From contig OY740799.1 of NCBI GenBank assembly GCA_963514005.1, positions 11,904,001 through 11,968,000 of the forward strand: a stretch of 64,000 bases of DNA, given 5' to 3'. This DNA comes from Raja brachyura (Eukaryota). Of this stretch, positions 13,667-26,207 are shown piece after piece. The notes under the pieces were generated by a model, which worked only from the letters and a program-made list of their open reading frames with translations, had not been told where the DNA came from and ran no database searches. The position numbers were made by a program, and so were the translations under genes. Within the stretch, counting starts at the first letter, position 1; each line of letters begins with the position of its first letter.

Positions 13667-13706
<40 letters not shown>
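13667..13706. repeat. (TG)n microsatellite
   Basis: About 20 uninterrupted TG units. Confidence 0.95.
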
Positions 13707-13712
<6 letters not shown>

Positions 13713-13999
13713 AAAATCATTGGTCACTGGGACATTCATCAAAGATTCATGGTTCTCCATGTTTTTTTCCTGTTTCTCTAAAAGGGAAATTCAGTGAATT
13801 TACAAAGCACATGTCCTTGGCTCGTGAATCTTGCACGATATCTTGCAAATCTCTGCAGATTAACTGCAAAAAAGACCCACGCAGCCTCAGATAACGAGCC
13901 CCACAGAATCCGGATACTAATCTGTGAGGAAGATCAAAGCAATCGCCGTACAAACAGGAGGAGTTTTCACCTCCTGCCTTTGTCACTATCTCCACCATC

Positions 14000-14225
14000 T
14001 TGCAATCACTCCCCCCTTCACCTATATCCACCTATCACTTCCCACTCTCCCCACCCCTACCTCTTTTATTCCAGCGTTCATACCCCCACTCCATTGGATG
14101 GAAAAATGGTCCTGCCCAAAAAGATAATCTGTCAAATCTCTCCACAGATGCGGCCTGACCCACTGAGTTCCTTCAGCACTTTGTCATTTGCTCAATATTC
14201 CAGCATCTGCAATCTCTTGTCTACC
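14000..14225 (+). mobile_element. Older PLE 3' region
   Basis: Pyrimidine-rich tract followed by ctccacagatgcggcctgacccactgagttccttcagcactttgt...ccagcatctgcaatc. Confidence 0.6.
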
Positions 14226-14413
14226 TAAAAATCATGACATCCTTTCTTATTTAGTTATTAAGAAAACAAAGCACTAACTAGTGAGGCATTTGTAGTGCCC
14301 ATTGTCTCTAAAGCCTTTTTTAAAAACTGTTGATAATAGTGATTTAAAATGGTGAATGCTTACTCTGAGTTGCCACAGGATGGAAGGGCACGGAAGGTGT
14401 TCATTTATCTGAG

Positions 14414-14550
14414 GGTTACACAAAAAGCTGGAGAAACTCAGCGGGTGCAGCAGCATCTAAGGAGCGAAGGAGATAGGCGACGTTTCGGGTCGAGACCCTT
14501 CTTCAGACCCTTTTAGGCGACGTTTCGGGTCGAGACCCTTCTTCAGACAC
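14414..14550 (-). mobile_element. PLE-derived insertion with tandem hammerhead cores and 14-bp TSD
   Basis: ttcatttatctgag at 14400-14413 and 14551-14564; taggcgacgtttcgggtcgagacccttcttcagac repeated at 14474-14508 and 14514-14548. Confidence 0.88.
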
Positions 14551-15161
14551 TTCATTTATCTGAGATTCTCTTATTCTGCTAAAGGGGAGGTTTGTTGATC
14601 TTTTAGGAGCTGAGCATTTTAAAATCCTAATCCCTTTGGCAGATTTGAATGTTATTTGAGCAAACTTGCTGAATGTTCTGTGGTTAGTTTTCAGTTTATT
14701 AAAATTCTGATTCAATCATAAGCTCAGTTTAATTGAAATGGATTCAATTTTGTTAGTCGATCCACAGTCTGGATGGTGAGAACAGCTGAGACGCCAGAGT
14801 TCTACTCTGGAAAGACTGTATTTTTCAGCAGCGCTTGAGATGGATGTAAACACATTTTCTGTTTCATTATCAACACAGGAATTTGAAGGTGGTGTTCACA
14901 TTAATATTATTATTTGTTTGTATTTGAGTCAGGAGCAGTAGCTCACAGCATTCATCAATATCCTCTACTACAGAATTAATGACAAACACTGGCTTTGAAA
15001 TCTTTATTTAAAAATAATAAAAACAAAGTTTAAAGATCATTGACGGTCGGTCAGTGTTGTAGAATTGAGATCCATCTTGGCCAAGTCTCTGACTGGTGTA
15101 AACACGGTGCAAAACACGTGAGAAGATAGTTTCATGGAGAGTCCTTGATCTGAAACCCTAA

Positions 15162-15898
15162 CGGGCCTGTCCCACTTAGGTGATTGTTCAGCGAACTGCT
15201 GGCTGCTGTCAAGTGGCTGGCAGTCACATGAAAAACTGATGTCAGATTGGAATACACACACGCACACATCCCTTCCTTCACCAGCCCGTTATGCAGGCGG
15301 GGGACAGGGCAAGTGGGGGGGAGCAATGTCTAAAAAATTCACACGGTGCAAAACCAAGGTGTAACAGACACACACCACGATGAACAGGAAGGTTGGCGCT
15401 GTATAAATACAGCTAAAGCACAGTGTATGTTAAGTCCTTTAAAAGAGGGGGGTAGAAGGAGTGGAGACAACTTTTAGTAAGCCAGAGATACACGGCTGTG
15501 AAGCCCGGCGGACATTACCGTTACCGGTCGGTTATCCTTGGTTCTGAAAACTACAGCTTACCTTTTTTATTCCCAATGAGCCAATGAAATTCACCGGTCA
15601 GCACTGGCTACAACCTACGAGAACTTCCGAGAACCTTCAACCTCCCAGCAACCCATTAGGATCTCCTGGCGATCCACCTACGTCTCGAGAATTCTTGCCA
15701 ATCTCCATGGCGGCTTCATTCTAGTCAGCGCTAATTTTTCAACATGTTGAAAAATTCACGGCGACCATAATGAGGCCGCGACTAGTTCCCAGAATGCGGA
15801 ACTCCTCACGACCATGAAGGCGACCACCCGCGAACATGTGGCGACCATGTGGTGACTGCATAGTCTCCTGCAATCGCCTAAAAAGTGGGACAGGCTCA
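15162..15898. mobile_element. PIF/Harbinger-type MITE (inserted in an old PLE relic)
   Basis: TIRs cgggcctgtcccactt / aagtgggacaggctca; flanks TAA / TTA. The host reads ...gtccttgatctgaaaccc|...|actctgttcatctttccactgat. Confidence 0.75.
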
Positions 15899-16768
15899 TT
15901 ACTCTGTTCATCTTTCCACTGATATTACCTGCCTAACCTACTGAATGTTTCCAGCCGATTCTGTTTTTATTTCAGATTTCCATCATCTTCAATTTTTTCA
16001 TTTTCAAATAATGTGAAGATGACATGTTTTCCATATTGATCGATACTGAGTTAACAAGTGATAGATGAATCTCTAGAGTTGGTCTCCAGTGGCCTAGGGT
16101 GGGGTGGGACATTATGAAAATCAATCTGTATTCACACACCAGCTGTGCAGTTACTTTTCATGTGAAGAAAATGGATATCTGTTTGAAAAGTTTATGGGCA
16201 ACATCAGTTAAACAACTAATTTATATAGATGAAGAATGGTCAATTAGGTTAGGGTGTTTATGCTTGAGGAACTTCCCCAGAGATTGTCCATTGAAGGGAT
16301 TTTGACTTTAGTATGAAACAAGTCAAACAGTAAATTGGCAGTCCCTTGCACTTCCATCTATTGAATATAAAATAAATAGACATTTTGTGTAAATTAGGCT
16401 TGATATTTATTGATATTCATTTTGCACAATTGCACAAAATCAAAATTATACTCATAGTTTCCGAAAAGCCGGATATTGAACAAAACTTTTTTAAAAAATG
16501 TAATTGTAATTTGCTTGGGCCAATAGTAGTGTATTTATACTCCACCAAAAAGCTTGTTTGTAGCTTGAAGGTTGCCTCTACAGTGGAGGCTAGCTTTCAA
16601 GGGCTTAATTATTTTTTTTAAATCTTTACTTTTCATTCTTTTTGTTGTGGCATACTGAAATATCTCACCTATATAGTCAATCTTCATAGTTAATTAAGAC
16701 AGTGAATGTGGTCACACAGACATGCTGGAGTTGTAGCTGAGCAGACCTTGTTTCTACAAAACACAACA

Positions 16769-16903
16769 TTTGTAGGAAGGAACTGCAGATGCTGGTTTAA
16801 ACCAAAGGTAGACACAAAATGTCAGAGTAACTCAGCAGGACAGGCAGCATCTCTGGAGAGAGGGATTGGGTGAAGTTTTTGATCGAGACCCTTCATCCGA
16901 CCC
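16769..16903 (-). mobile_element. PLE terminal fragment with 10-bp TSD
   Basis: aaacacaaca at 16759-16768 and 16904-16913; tgtaggaaggaactgcagatgctgg...gatcgagacccttcatccgac. Confidence 0.8.
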
Positions 16904-16954
16904 AAACACAACACTTTATCTCTTCCTTTGGTTTAATGAACACATTGCATAATT

Positions 16955-17267
16955 GCTGAGATTAGATGACACACAAGTGGACTCTATTTACTAATTAGGT
17001 GACTTCTGACGGCAATTGGTTGCACTGGATATTATTTAGGGGTATCAGAGTAAAGGGGGCTGAATACTTTTGCACGCCACACTTTTCAGTTTTTTATTTG
17101 TAAAAAAATTTGAAAACCATGTATCATTTTCCTTCCACTTCACAATTATGCGCCACTTTGTGTTGGTCTATCACATAAAATCCCAATAAAATACATTTAC
17201 GTTTGTGGTTGTAACATGACAAAATATGAAAAAGTTCAAGGGGTATGAAAACCTTTGCAAGCCTCTG
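16955..17267. mobile_element. Tc1/mariner terminal fragment (second family, IR/DR type)
   Basis: Inner repeat gggggctgaatacttttgcacgccac and outer repeat ggggtatgaaaacctttgcaagcctctg, followed by TA (17268-17269). Confidence 0.8.
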
Positions 17268-18574
17268 TATAGTATTCACTATTACTTTGTAGTTAGTGTT
17301 ATAAATTAATCTGTGGAATTCTGCTATTTAATATGAAGAATCAGAAATTGAATGCATTGCAGATGATAACACTGGGGAAACAACACAATAGCTTGTGGCT
17401 GTTAACATGTGGTGAGTGGTTAAGTGACTAAGATAAAATCAGGCATTAAAATCTCCAGTTTACTTTTCAGACTTCATCATTTAGATTAATATCTCATTAT
17501 GAGGCTTGGTGTCAAATCCTATGAAGAACCTGGGGGCATTTTATATGTTAACAGTACTGCAAAAATACAAGGCGCTGAAAGAATGTAATTTAAATTCAGA
17601 ATTTGTGCAAGAAACACAAAGGAAAAAAATCAAAAAGATATTTTTCACCCAGTTAAGGACTGCAGAATATTTTTTTTATACCTTGTTAAGTTAATCATGA
17701 CATTTGATAATCACCAATGAATGTATTAAAAAGTACATGGACGTAGGTCAAAGGTCTCTGTACTGAGATCCCTGCAAATTACGGTATAGCAACAGAGCTG
17801 AAATCGTGAAAATGTAACACTTTGACATAGCACTGGATTCAGGGTTTTGTGTTGGAAATAATGCTGTTCACAAAGACTGCGCATTTCAGCAAAGCAGATG
17901 TACCAGAATGGTGGAGGTGAACTTGTTCTCTTATTGTACACCTATTGCTGTATCTTTGATCTTGGAGAAATTGCTGCACACATCATTTGACTCCAGTTTT
18001 TCTTTTGAGTTTCTGTGTCTATTCCGTTACATTTTCTTTTCATCTTTGCAACAATCTTCCTGGATAAGTGGTGTTAATCTAGCGCATAATCCAGAGGCGA
18101 GTTTGTGCTCAGTTCCTACAATTACTATCTATAGATTCTAACATTCTACAGACCTGCAGACACAAGACAAAGCATTGATTAAATTCATTCCAGTCATCAA
18201 GGGAGATGCCTCAATTATTTACATACGTTTATTCATTCGAGGCAGGAGCCTGGAGAACATTTCAAACTCCTGCACACATACAAATAGGTAGTCATTCCAG
18301 AAGTCAGCTTTCACGGATGCACTAATTTCACACATCAGCAGAACGTATTTCACTTGTGTCCCTTACACACATGGGTTAACTGTAACTTTATTCCAACCAT
18401 CACTATTAAATACAAACCTCTTTCTCCCAAAAGAAGTGAGTTCTTGGGCAGAAGTGTCAATAGGCATCATCTGCTTTCCTCAAAGTTAATATTTTCGTTG
18501 TTACATGAGGTGTAACTGAGAGCTGTGAACACTTAGTTACATTTCTTAACTAAGAGTTCACATCGCATTGTTGT

Positions 18575-19540
18575 ATCAGATTTTGATAATCGATAAAACC
18601 TGCCCTCAGATCTCCTTTAAATTCCCGCTCACCTTAAAATTGTAATGTCTAGTTCTCCCCTGCCCTGGAGAAAAGTGCCTGGCCATCTATCCAGTCTATG
18701 CCCCTCATAATATTATAAACCTCCAAGGCCACCCCTGGACCTCCCACCTTCTGAGGAAAACATTCCCAGTGTAATCGATCTCTCTGTTTAACTACAACCC
18801 TCCATTCTAGGGAACATCCTGGTGAATCTCTTCTGCAATCTCTCTATTGCTACCATATCCATGCTGTTGTGTGGCAGCTTGAACTTTATACAATATTCTA
18901 AATGTGATTTAATCAGTATTTTATATAACTTTAATATGATGTCCTAAAGCTTATACTAAATGTCTCAGCCTATCAAGGCAAACAAATTAAGCACCATTTT
19001 CACTGCCCTTGTCACCTGTGTCACTACTTGCAGGGAATCATGGACTTGCACTTCAAATTTTCTCTGCACATCAACTCTATTAAGATCTTTGCCATTTACT
19101 CCATACCACATACTTGCCTGGATTAAATTCTACCTGCCAGCACAGTGCAAATTTCCATCTGAGGTACCCTGAGCAGGTGGTGTCAAAAAGTATTGTCTGC
19201 TTCCCAGGCAGAGGTCTCAATATTTATTATTTTGTATAAATACATTATTTTGGACTCCCAATTTTCATGTCACCTGCAAATGTACCCATCATATCACCTT
19301 CATTTGCATTTTATTATATATCTAACCAGCAAGTGAGGTTCCAGCACTGATCCCTGTGGTACACCACTTGATGCAGAATTCCAATCAGTAAAACACCCAC
19401 CTCCCACTATTTTCTATAATCAAAGCCACTTTTGAAACTAGTTTGCCAATATGCCTTGGAACGCTCGAGCTTTATCTTTCCAGACCAGCCTGCCACGAGG
19501 GAGCTTGTCAAAAACTATCCATGCACACCATGTCTACATC
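18575..19540 (-). mobile_element. Old degenerate CR1 LINE (RT/3' region)
   Basis: Recognisable CR1 antisense motifs: aacatcctggtgaatctcttctgca, tttcatgtcacctgcaaat, cagcactgatccctgtggtacaccact (SGVPQGSVL). Confidence 0.75.
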
Positions 19541-19649
19541 TAGGTTGAATAACTTGTTTGTTTCAGATTTTTGTTGTCTTGAAGATGTGCGTATTAGCTC
19601 CCATTAATTTAATTAATGAAAATGGTCATTATCTTGAGCCTTTGTTTAC

Positions 19650-20100
19650 AAGGCATGTGGGCATTGTAGGCAAGGCCAGCATTCATTAACCACACTTTGC
19701 TACCTTTGAGAAATTGATGGTGAACAGCCACAATGAACTACAGTCATCTGGTGAATGAGCTCCCACAATGTTTTAAGGAGGCCCATTCAAGGTGGTGTGT
19801 ACCTTAGAAGGGATCTTGAAGGTGGTTATATCCTCAACTGAAGCTGCTCTTATCTTTCTGGATGTTGGTGTGTAGGTATTTAAGTAGTGCTGTCGAAGAA
19901 GTCTCAGTATTTTGAAGCAATGCAACTTGCAGATGCAATGAGAATGAATGTTTAAGGTAGACAAAAGTGCTGGAGAAACTCAGCATCTATGGAGCAAAGG
20001 AAATAGGCAATGTTTCAGGCCGAAACCCTTCTTCAGAATGTTAAGGTGATAGTTTGGATGCCAATCATGTGGACTGCTTTCTTTAGGATGCTGTCCAGCA
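19650..20100 (-). mobile_element. Old LINE 3' fragment interrupted by a PLE fragment (19955-20036)
   Basis: ggcaaggccagcattcatt...gagaaattgatggtga resembles 24505-24620; the PLE piece is flanked by aatgtttaaggt / aatgttaaggt. Confidence 0.5.
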
Positions 20101-20657
20101 TGTTTCTCCATCAACAAAACAACAACTACTACTACTATCTATATTTGGAGTTTGATAATGAAACAAAACATGCCAAAGACATTATCAAGTGCAGCCTCAA
20201 ACATAAAAAACTCAGCTATCATTTTTTGTTGGCTGTAAAATCTTTGAAGTAGACAATTGAGGCTATTTGATTTGACCAGGGATGTAAACATCTGGGTGTA
20301 GAAGGTCATTTTCAAGTTGGGCAGAATCCTGCGGACTCAAATTGATGCCAGCATTGTTTTGCACCATGTTCTCACCTGGTGATTGCACAGCATTCAAAGT
20401 GATGACAACAATATCATATTCATCCGTCATTACTTCTGCAAAATGCTACGATACATGCAAGGCCAATAAAACCTTTGAAGCATCTTTTAGCTGAGCCAGA
20501 CCCTCTATGCTAATGGCAGTGATTCTAAAATATGAATCTTTACACAGGTTTATGCAACCTTCAACTTTCTGCTCAAATTGCTGCTGACCATCTTTCTTTG
20601 CTGATGTTCTTGTTTGCAACATTCCTCAAATCATCCTCAGCCACAGTCCTCTTTCTG

Positions 20658-21289
20658 GGGGGCAGCGCAGTGGTGAAGCCGGGAGAACTGCTGCCTCACA
20701 GCACTGGAAACCTGAGTTTGATCCTGACAGACTGTTGTTCATTGGCATCTGTAAACATTACCCCTGATGTGCACGGAGTGGATGAGAATGTGAGATAACA
20801 TAGAGCCAGTGTGAACTGGAATTGATGGTCAGCGTAGACCCATTGGGCCGAAGAGCCTATAGGGCCTGTTCCACTTAGGCGATATTTTAAGCGACTACAG
20901 GCGACTAGGGTGTCACCACATAGTTGCCGAGGTGTCGCCTGTATGGTAGTGAGTAGTCTCCTCAGTCGCCCAAAGAGTCGTAGCGTCTTTCTGGTCGCCG
21001 CTGGATTTTTGACTGTCAGCGACAGTGGGTTTTACGCCAATGAGCGTAGCTTGACTTCTCTTGATGTAGGTGCTGTCGTAGTTGTCGCCAGGTTAACGTA
21101 GGTTGTCGCCGGTGCTGACTTCATTTTTTTTTTGTTAAAGTAATGATTCTATTTCAAATTTTATGTAGAAGGGGGGTCCAATCGCCGGTTTTTCGGCGAC
21201 TTGCTACAACTATGACTGTCGCCGGCAGTCGCCTAGAAATAGCCTAAGTGGGACAGGCCCTTATTTCAATCTGTATCTCTAAACTAAAC
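20658..21289 (+). mobile_element. HE1/V-SINE-like tRNA-derived SINE split by a MITE
   Basis: Head gggcagcgcagtggtg...ctgctgcctcacagc...gagtttgatcctgac; tail gggccgaagagcctat|...|ttcaatctgtatctctaaactaaa. Confidence 0.75.
20861..21261. mobile_element. PIF/Harbinger-type MITE
   Basis: TIRs agggcctgttccacttaggc / gcctaagtgggacaggccct; 3-bp TSD TAT/TAT; internal gtcgcc/ggcgac repeats. Confidence 0.85.
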
Positions 21290-21439
21290 CAATTGTCTTT
21301 CCCTCCATACCCTACTGCAGTGCCGGTGTCTAATATTCATGTATGCATGATCGCTTGGGCATCGTACATGCTCCTCTTCAGCTGACCAAGCCAAAGTTCG
21401 CATCAGGTTATGTTCTGAGCATGTTTTGAGCTGGTTGTA

Positions 21440-21550
21440 TTGGTCTGAGTGCAGGTAGATGGGACTAGCGGAAAATAAATGGTCAGCACGGACTGGAAGG
21501 GCCGAGAAGGCCTGTTTCTGTGCTGTAATTGTTATATGGTTATTATATGA
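21440..21550 (+). mobile_element. Short CR1-type LINE 3' tail
   Basis: gcaggtagatgggactag...gggccgagaaggcctgtttctgtgctgta; near-copy at 35245-35345. Confidence 0.65.
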
Positions 21551-21924
21551 TTATCTCTGGTTCTATAATGATATCTGAAGATAAGCCATTGTGAATGCTG
21601 CCAAAATGCATCTGCTTCCATTCTGGCAAAAAAAACCTTAGAATGATTATTTAATTTTATTGGTGCTTTCTAATTAGGATCTAATTTACTTCTTTCAGTG
21701 TGGAATTGAAAACTAAAAATGTTCAAGAAGATTTAAGAGACATTTCCTTTGTGCTGTAATGTAGCACATGAACCTGAAGTCCTGAGCTTGTACTGTTATC
21801 AGTGTTAATTTGTTCTCAATAATCTTCCATATCTAGCCAATTCTTCTTGAAAATATGAGTATATGTTAGATAAAGATGATGTTGAATTCTCAACAGCCTA
21901 GCAGGATCATCTTTTAAATTAACT

Positions 21925-22740
21925 AGGAACTTAACAAATAGAAGCAGGAGAAGGCCTGTTCAACCCATGCTACCTGTTCTGCTGTTCATTAAAACCATGC
22001 CGGACATTTTACCTCGGTACCATAGCCCTTGATTATTTAAGTATCTAAAACCATCAATCTTTGTCTTGAATGAACTGAGCAACTGAACCTCCACAGTATG
22101 TTTGATCAAGAATGCCAAAGCTGCATGCTTAATGTTACCTGCTGGATGAAGCTATTTAATTTCATTTTATTTAATTTCAATCCTGAATGGCTGACTCTTG
22201 GTTCAAGAGAGCTCAGCCAGGGGAGACATCATTTCCATGTATACCCTGTGAGGCACAGCCAGTATTTTGTATGTTTCAGAGATTACCTTTAGTTTAGTTC
22301 AGACATAGAAGGAAACGGGTCCTTCGGGCCAACGAGTCCGCTCCGAGCAACGATGCCCGCACATTAACACGATCCTACACACACTTGGGACAATTTATAA
22401 TTATATCAAACCCAATATCCTACTAACCTGTACATCTTTGGAGTGTGGGAGGAAACCGGAGCACCCGTAGAACACGCCGAAAAACCTGCCGACAGCACCC
22501 GCAGTCAGGATAGAACCCGGATAAGGTAGCAACACTACCGCTGCACCACCGTGCCACCCATACCTCTCATTCTTCTAAATGTAAGAGAGTGCAGGATAAG
22601 TTTGTTTCTGCATGCAACAAACCTACCATCCCAGGCCTTAAACTTGTTAACACCACTGCTCTTTCTCTCGCATGTATATTCTTTCTTGGGTAGGGAGGCC
22701 AGCCCTGTACACATACTAGTCCTGACATTGTTTCACCATG
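21925..22740 (-). mobile_element. Old CR1 3' fragment containing a SINE insertion
   Basis: aggaacttaacaaatagaagcaggagaaggcc tail; resumes tacctctcattcttctaaat after the SINE. Confidence 0.6.
22288..22559 (-). mobile_element. HE1/V-SINE-like SINE
   Basis: (tttag)n tail, V-domain ctttggagtgtgggaggaaaccggagcacc, head ctaccgctgcaccaccgtgccaccc. Confidence 0.85.
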
Positions 22741-23703
22741 GCCTTGAATAAATGGAGCAATAAATGTACTTAAATCACCTTGCAATAAATGCTACTATAT
22801 CACTTGCTCTGAACATTGCTTTCTACACCTACATGTTAACTTTAAATAATTTGTGTATATGGGCACATAGTTATTTCTGCACACCAACCACTTTCAAATA
22901 TTGAAATTTTTAACAACTGCTGCAATAGGAGGGAAGAAAGCACGATTTTCAGCTTTTAATACAGATTGAGTTCCAAGGCGATTCCTTCCAAGGCTGAATT
23001 GTCTCAGTGTCAACTTGAATTATGTTTGCGACTTGCTGCATGGGCAAGATCGCATGTCAATGTACATCTGCGTTTTTCTGGGCAGTGTGGGAGGGATTAA
23101 AAAAAGTTGTAGTACACACTTCACTGTTGGAAAGTGACACTATCACACTGGTTTTGTCCTTTCACAATGTCAGGGAGTGAAGTTAAAAGTGCTTGGAGCC
23201 ATGAAGGCTGATTGTCAGATGTGCCTGTATTAAAAGGGCATGTGTTTTCCCATGAGTGCTTTTTGGGAGTCCGTCTTGCAAGATGTACCAGAGCTTCAAA
23301 CATCAAATAATATCAGTGCAAATAGAATTTCACATGGTTGCTTATGCAGATTTTCATCTTTTTGCCATTTTATTATTGCACCGCGCCAATCATAAAAAGA
23401 AGCAAAACAGTAATTTCAATTCAAATACTGAGTGAAATAAGCAGGGGGGGAAAACATGAGCAATAGGTTAATTGATCTCTGCCTTCAGAAGAATGATGAC
23501 TATACACCAAAATAACTGTGAAATGCTTTGAGAAATCCTAAGGATGTGAAAGGCAGTAGATTGCTACCAATTGAGATTGCTATTCCTTCCATTTAAATAG
23601 AATGATTCTCGTTAACTTGTCACTAAATTTGTTGTGGTCCTTGTCTCCTCCAGATAACAGTAGGCATCATCACAGGTTTGCATTTTAACATATACATCTG
23701 TTT

Positions 23704-24332
23704 TAGAAACATAGAAAATAGGTGCAGGAGGAGGCCATTCGGCTCTTCGAGCCAGCACCGCCATTCATTGTGATCATGGCTGATCGTCCCCTATCAATAA
23801 CCCGTGCCTGCCTTCTCCCCATATCCCTTGACTCCACTAGCCCCTAGAGCTCTATCTAACTCTCTCTTAAATCCATCCAGTGATTTGGCCTCCACTGCCC
23901 TCTGTGGCAGGGAATTCCATAAGTTCACAACTCTCTGGGTGAAAACATTTTTTCTCACTTCAGTCTTAAATGACCTCCCCTTTATTCTAAGACTGTGGCC
24001 CCTGGTTCTGGACTCGCCCAACATTGGGAACATTTTTCCTGCATCTAGCTTGTCCAGTCCTTTTATAATTTGATATGTTTCTATAAGATCCCCCTCATCG
24101 TTCTAAACACCAGTGAATACAAGCCTAGTCTTTTCAATCTTTCCTCATATGACAGTCCCGCCTTCCCAGGGATCAATCTCATGAACCTACGCTGCACTGC
24201 CTCAATCACAAGGATGTCCTTCCTCAAATTAGGAGAACAAAACTATACACAATACTCCAGATGCAGTCTCACCAGAGCCCTATACAAGTGTAGAAGAACC
24301 TCTTTACTCCGATACTGAAATCCTCCTGTTAT
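23704..24332 (-). mobile_element. Young CR1 (HER1-like) LINE 3' fragment
   Basis: Tail tagaaacatagaaaataggtgcaggag; ORF2 C-terminus SRTRGHSLRI...FTQRVVNLWNSLP. Confidence 0.92.
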
Positions 24333-24689
24333 GATATCCCTTTTATAATACCTCATCTTCAAAGTCTCCTCAAAAAAATTTTTTCCCTGTGCTTACTACC
24401 AGAGAAAGCATCTGATAAATATTTGTGTGAAAATATTATGCAGCTGCATTATTGGTGAAGTTGATGACATCTCTAGCATATACTATGGCTTGTTTGGGAT
24501 CTGGGCTTTTCTGGCAAGATGTCTTTCTTGTACTCTTCACAAATTGTTCTTGAGGAGGTGATGGTAAGCCATTTTCTTGCACTGTTGCTATGAAGGTGCT
24601 CCCATCATGCTAATGGGTTATGGATCTCCTAACATTTATCCTTTCTGGTCCCCCAATGGTCTTGCTTGTTTCTGTAAGATCACCATCTC

Positions 24690-25650
24690 TCAATCTTCTA
24701 AACTGCAAGACGTACATGATCAACAGGATGAACCGTTTTGTGTAGAACAGCCCCTTTATATCCAAGATCCTCCTATTCACCTTCTCCGAACTGCCTTGAA
24801 GGAAATTTATATTTTTCCATAATTGGAGGTCAAAATCATTTATATTATTCTAGGTAGGTGTCTCGACAAAGTGTTGCACTGTAATATTAAGACATTCCCT
24901 CGTTTACATTCCAAACCCTTAAAATATCCACTATTCCTTTCACCTTTCTACGTACTGCTGCACTTTTGTGCTGGCCTCTTGCGTTTCATGCACGAGGACT
25001 ATCAAATCAGTTTGTGATGCATTTTTGTGTGTTTTGGTTTCTCCATTTAAACAATACTCTTATTCAACATTCCAGAGTGAGCAGTATTACATTTTACCAC
25101 ACGATAACCACATTTGCCATCTTCTTGCCCACTCATTTAAATATTTTTCAGAAAGATATTGATAGGTTATATCTTCCCCTCCACCTACTTTTGTGCTATC
25201 TGCAAATTTGGTACATTGACTTTCTTCCTCCTACACAATAATATATTGTAAAAGTGGTGGTTCCAATACTGATCTCAGTGGTATCCCGTTGGCTACAGAT
25301 TGCCAACTGGAATTTTTTTTTTAATTTCTGCTTGCTGCTTCTTGCCTGTTTGTCAAATCCACTATCCATACAAATATATTACTTCCAACACCACGGCCTC
25401 TTGTGACTTAACCTTTTATGCGACACTTTGTTGACTGCCTTTTGTAAGTCCAAATACAATGCATCTACTGGTCAACTGTGATCGAGGCTTTCTGAGAAAA
25501 AAAAAAGAACTGTCAGGCACGATTTCCTCTCCAAGACGTTGTGCTGACTACTTTGATAGAGTGTAATTAATTTCTGGATGTGCTGCAATTACTTCATTAT
25601 TGATTGATTTAAATATTTATTCTACAATTGATGTCTGGCTAATTGACTTA
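24690..25650 (-). mobile_element. Old degenerate CR1 RT region
   Basis: tgtgctatctgcaaatt, ccaatactgatctcagtggtatcccg and ctgccttttgtaagtccaaatacaatgcatctac are antisense FADD, GIPLRSVL and VDALYLDLQKA motifs. Confidence 0.7.
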
Positions 25651-25967
25651 AAGTCTCTTTCACATTCGAAAGATATGGTAGGGAACATGCAAACAGTGGT
25701 GTTCCATATTTAAAAACCTTTGGTCATGAATAGGAAGGATTGAGAGGGATATGGGCCAAACACAGGCAAATGGGACTGGCATTAGATGAGCCATCTTGGT
25801 CGGTAGGGATGAGTTAGGCCAAAGGGTCTGTATCCATGCTGTTTGAGCTTATATGCCTGGAAACCTTTTTTTTTCTTGCTGGTAGAAATCATTGTTTTAG
25901 GAGGTGCTGCTTTAGTGTATCCCAAAATGCTGTGGGAGAAAAGAAGCTGCAAGAACACATGCCGGAG

Positions 25968-26207
25968 ATATTCACCCAGAGAGTTGTGAATATGTGGGAT
26001 TCTCTGCCACAGAAAGCAGTGGAGGCCAATTCACTGGATGTTTTCAAGGGAGAGTTAGATTTAGCTCTTAGGGCTAACGGAATCAATGGATATGGAGAAA
26101 AGCAGGAATGGGGTACTGATTTTGGATGATCAGTCATGATCATATTGAATGGCGGTGCTGGCTTGAAGGGCCGAATGGCCTACTCCTGCACCTATTTTCT
26201 ATGTTTC
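25968..26207 (+). mobile_element. Young CR1 LINE 3' fragment
   Basis: FTQRVVNMWDSLPQKAVEA; tail ggcctactcctgcacctattttctatgtttc. Confidence 0.9.
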
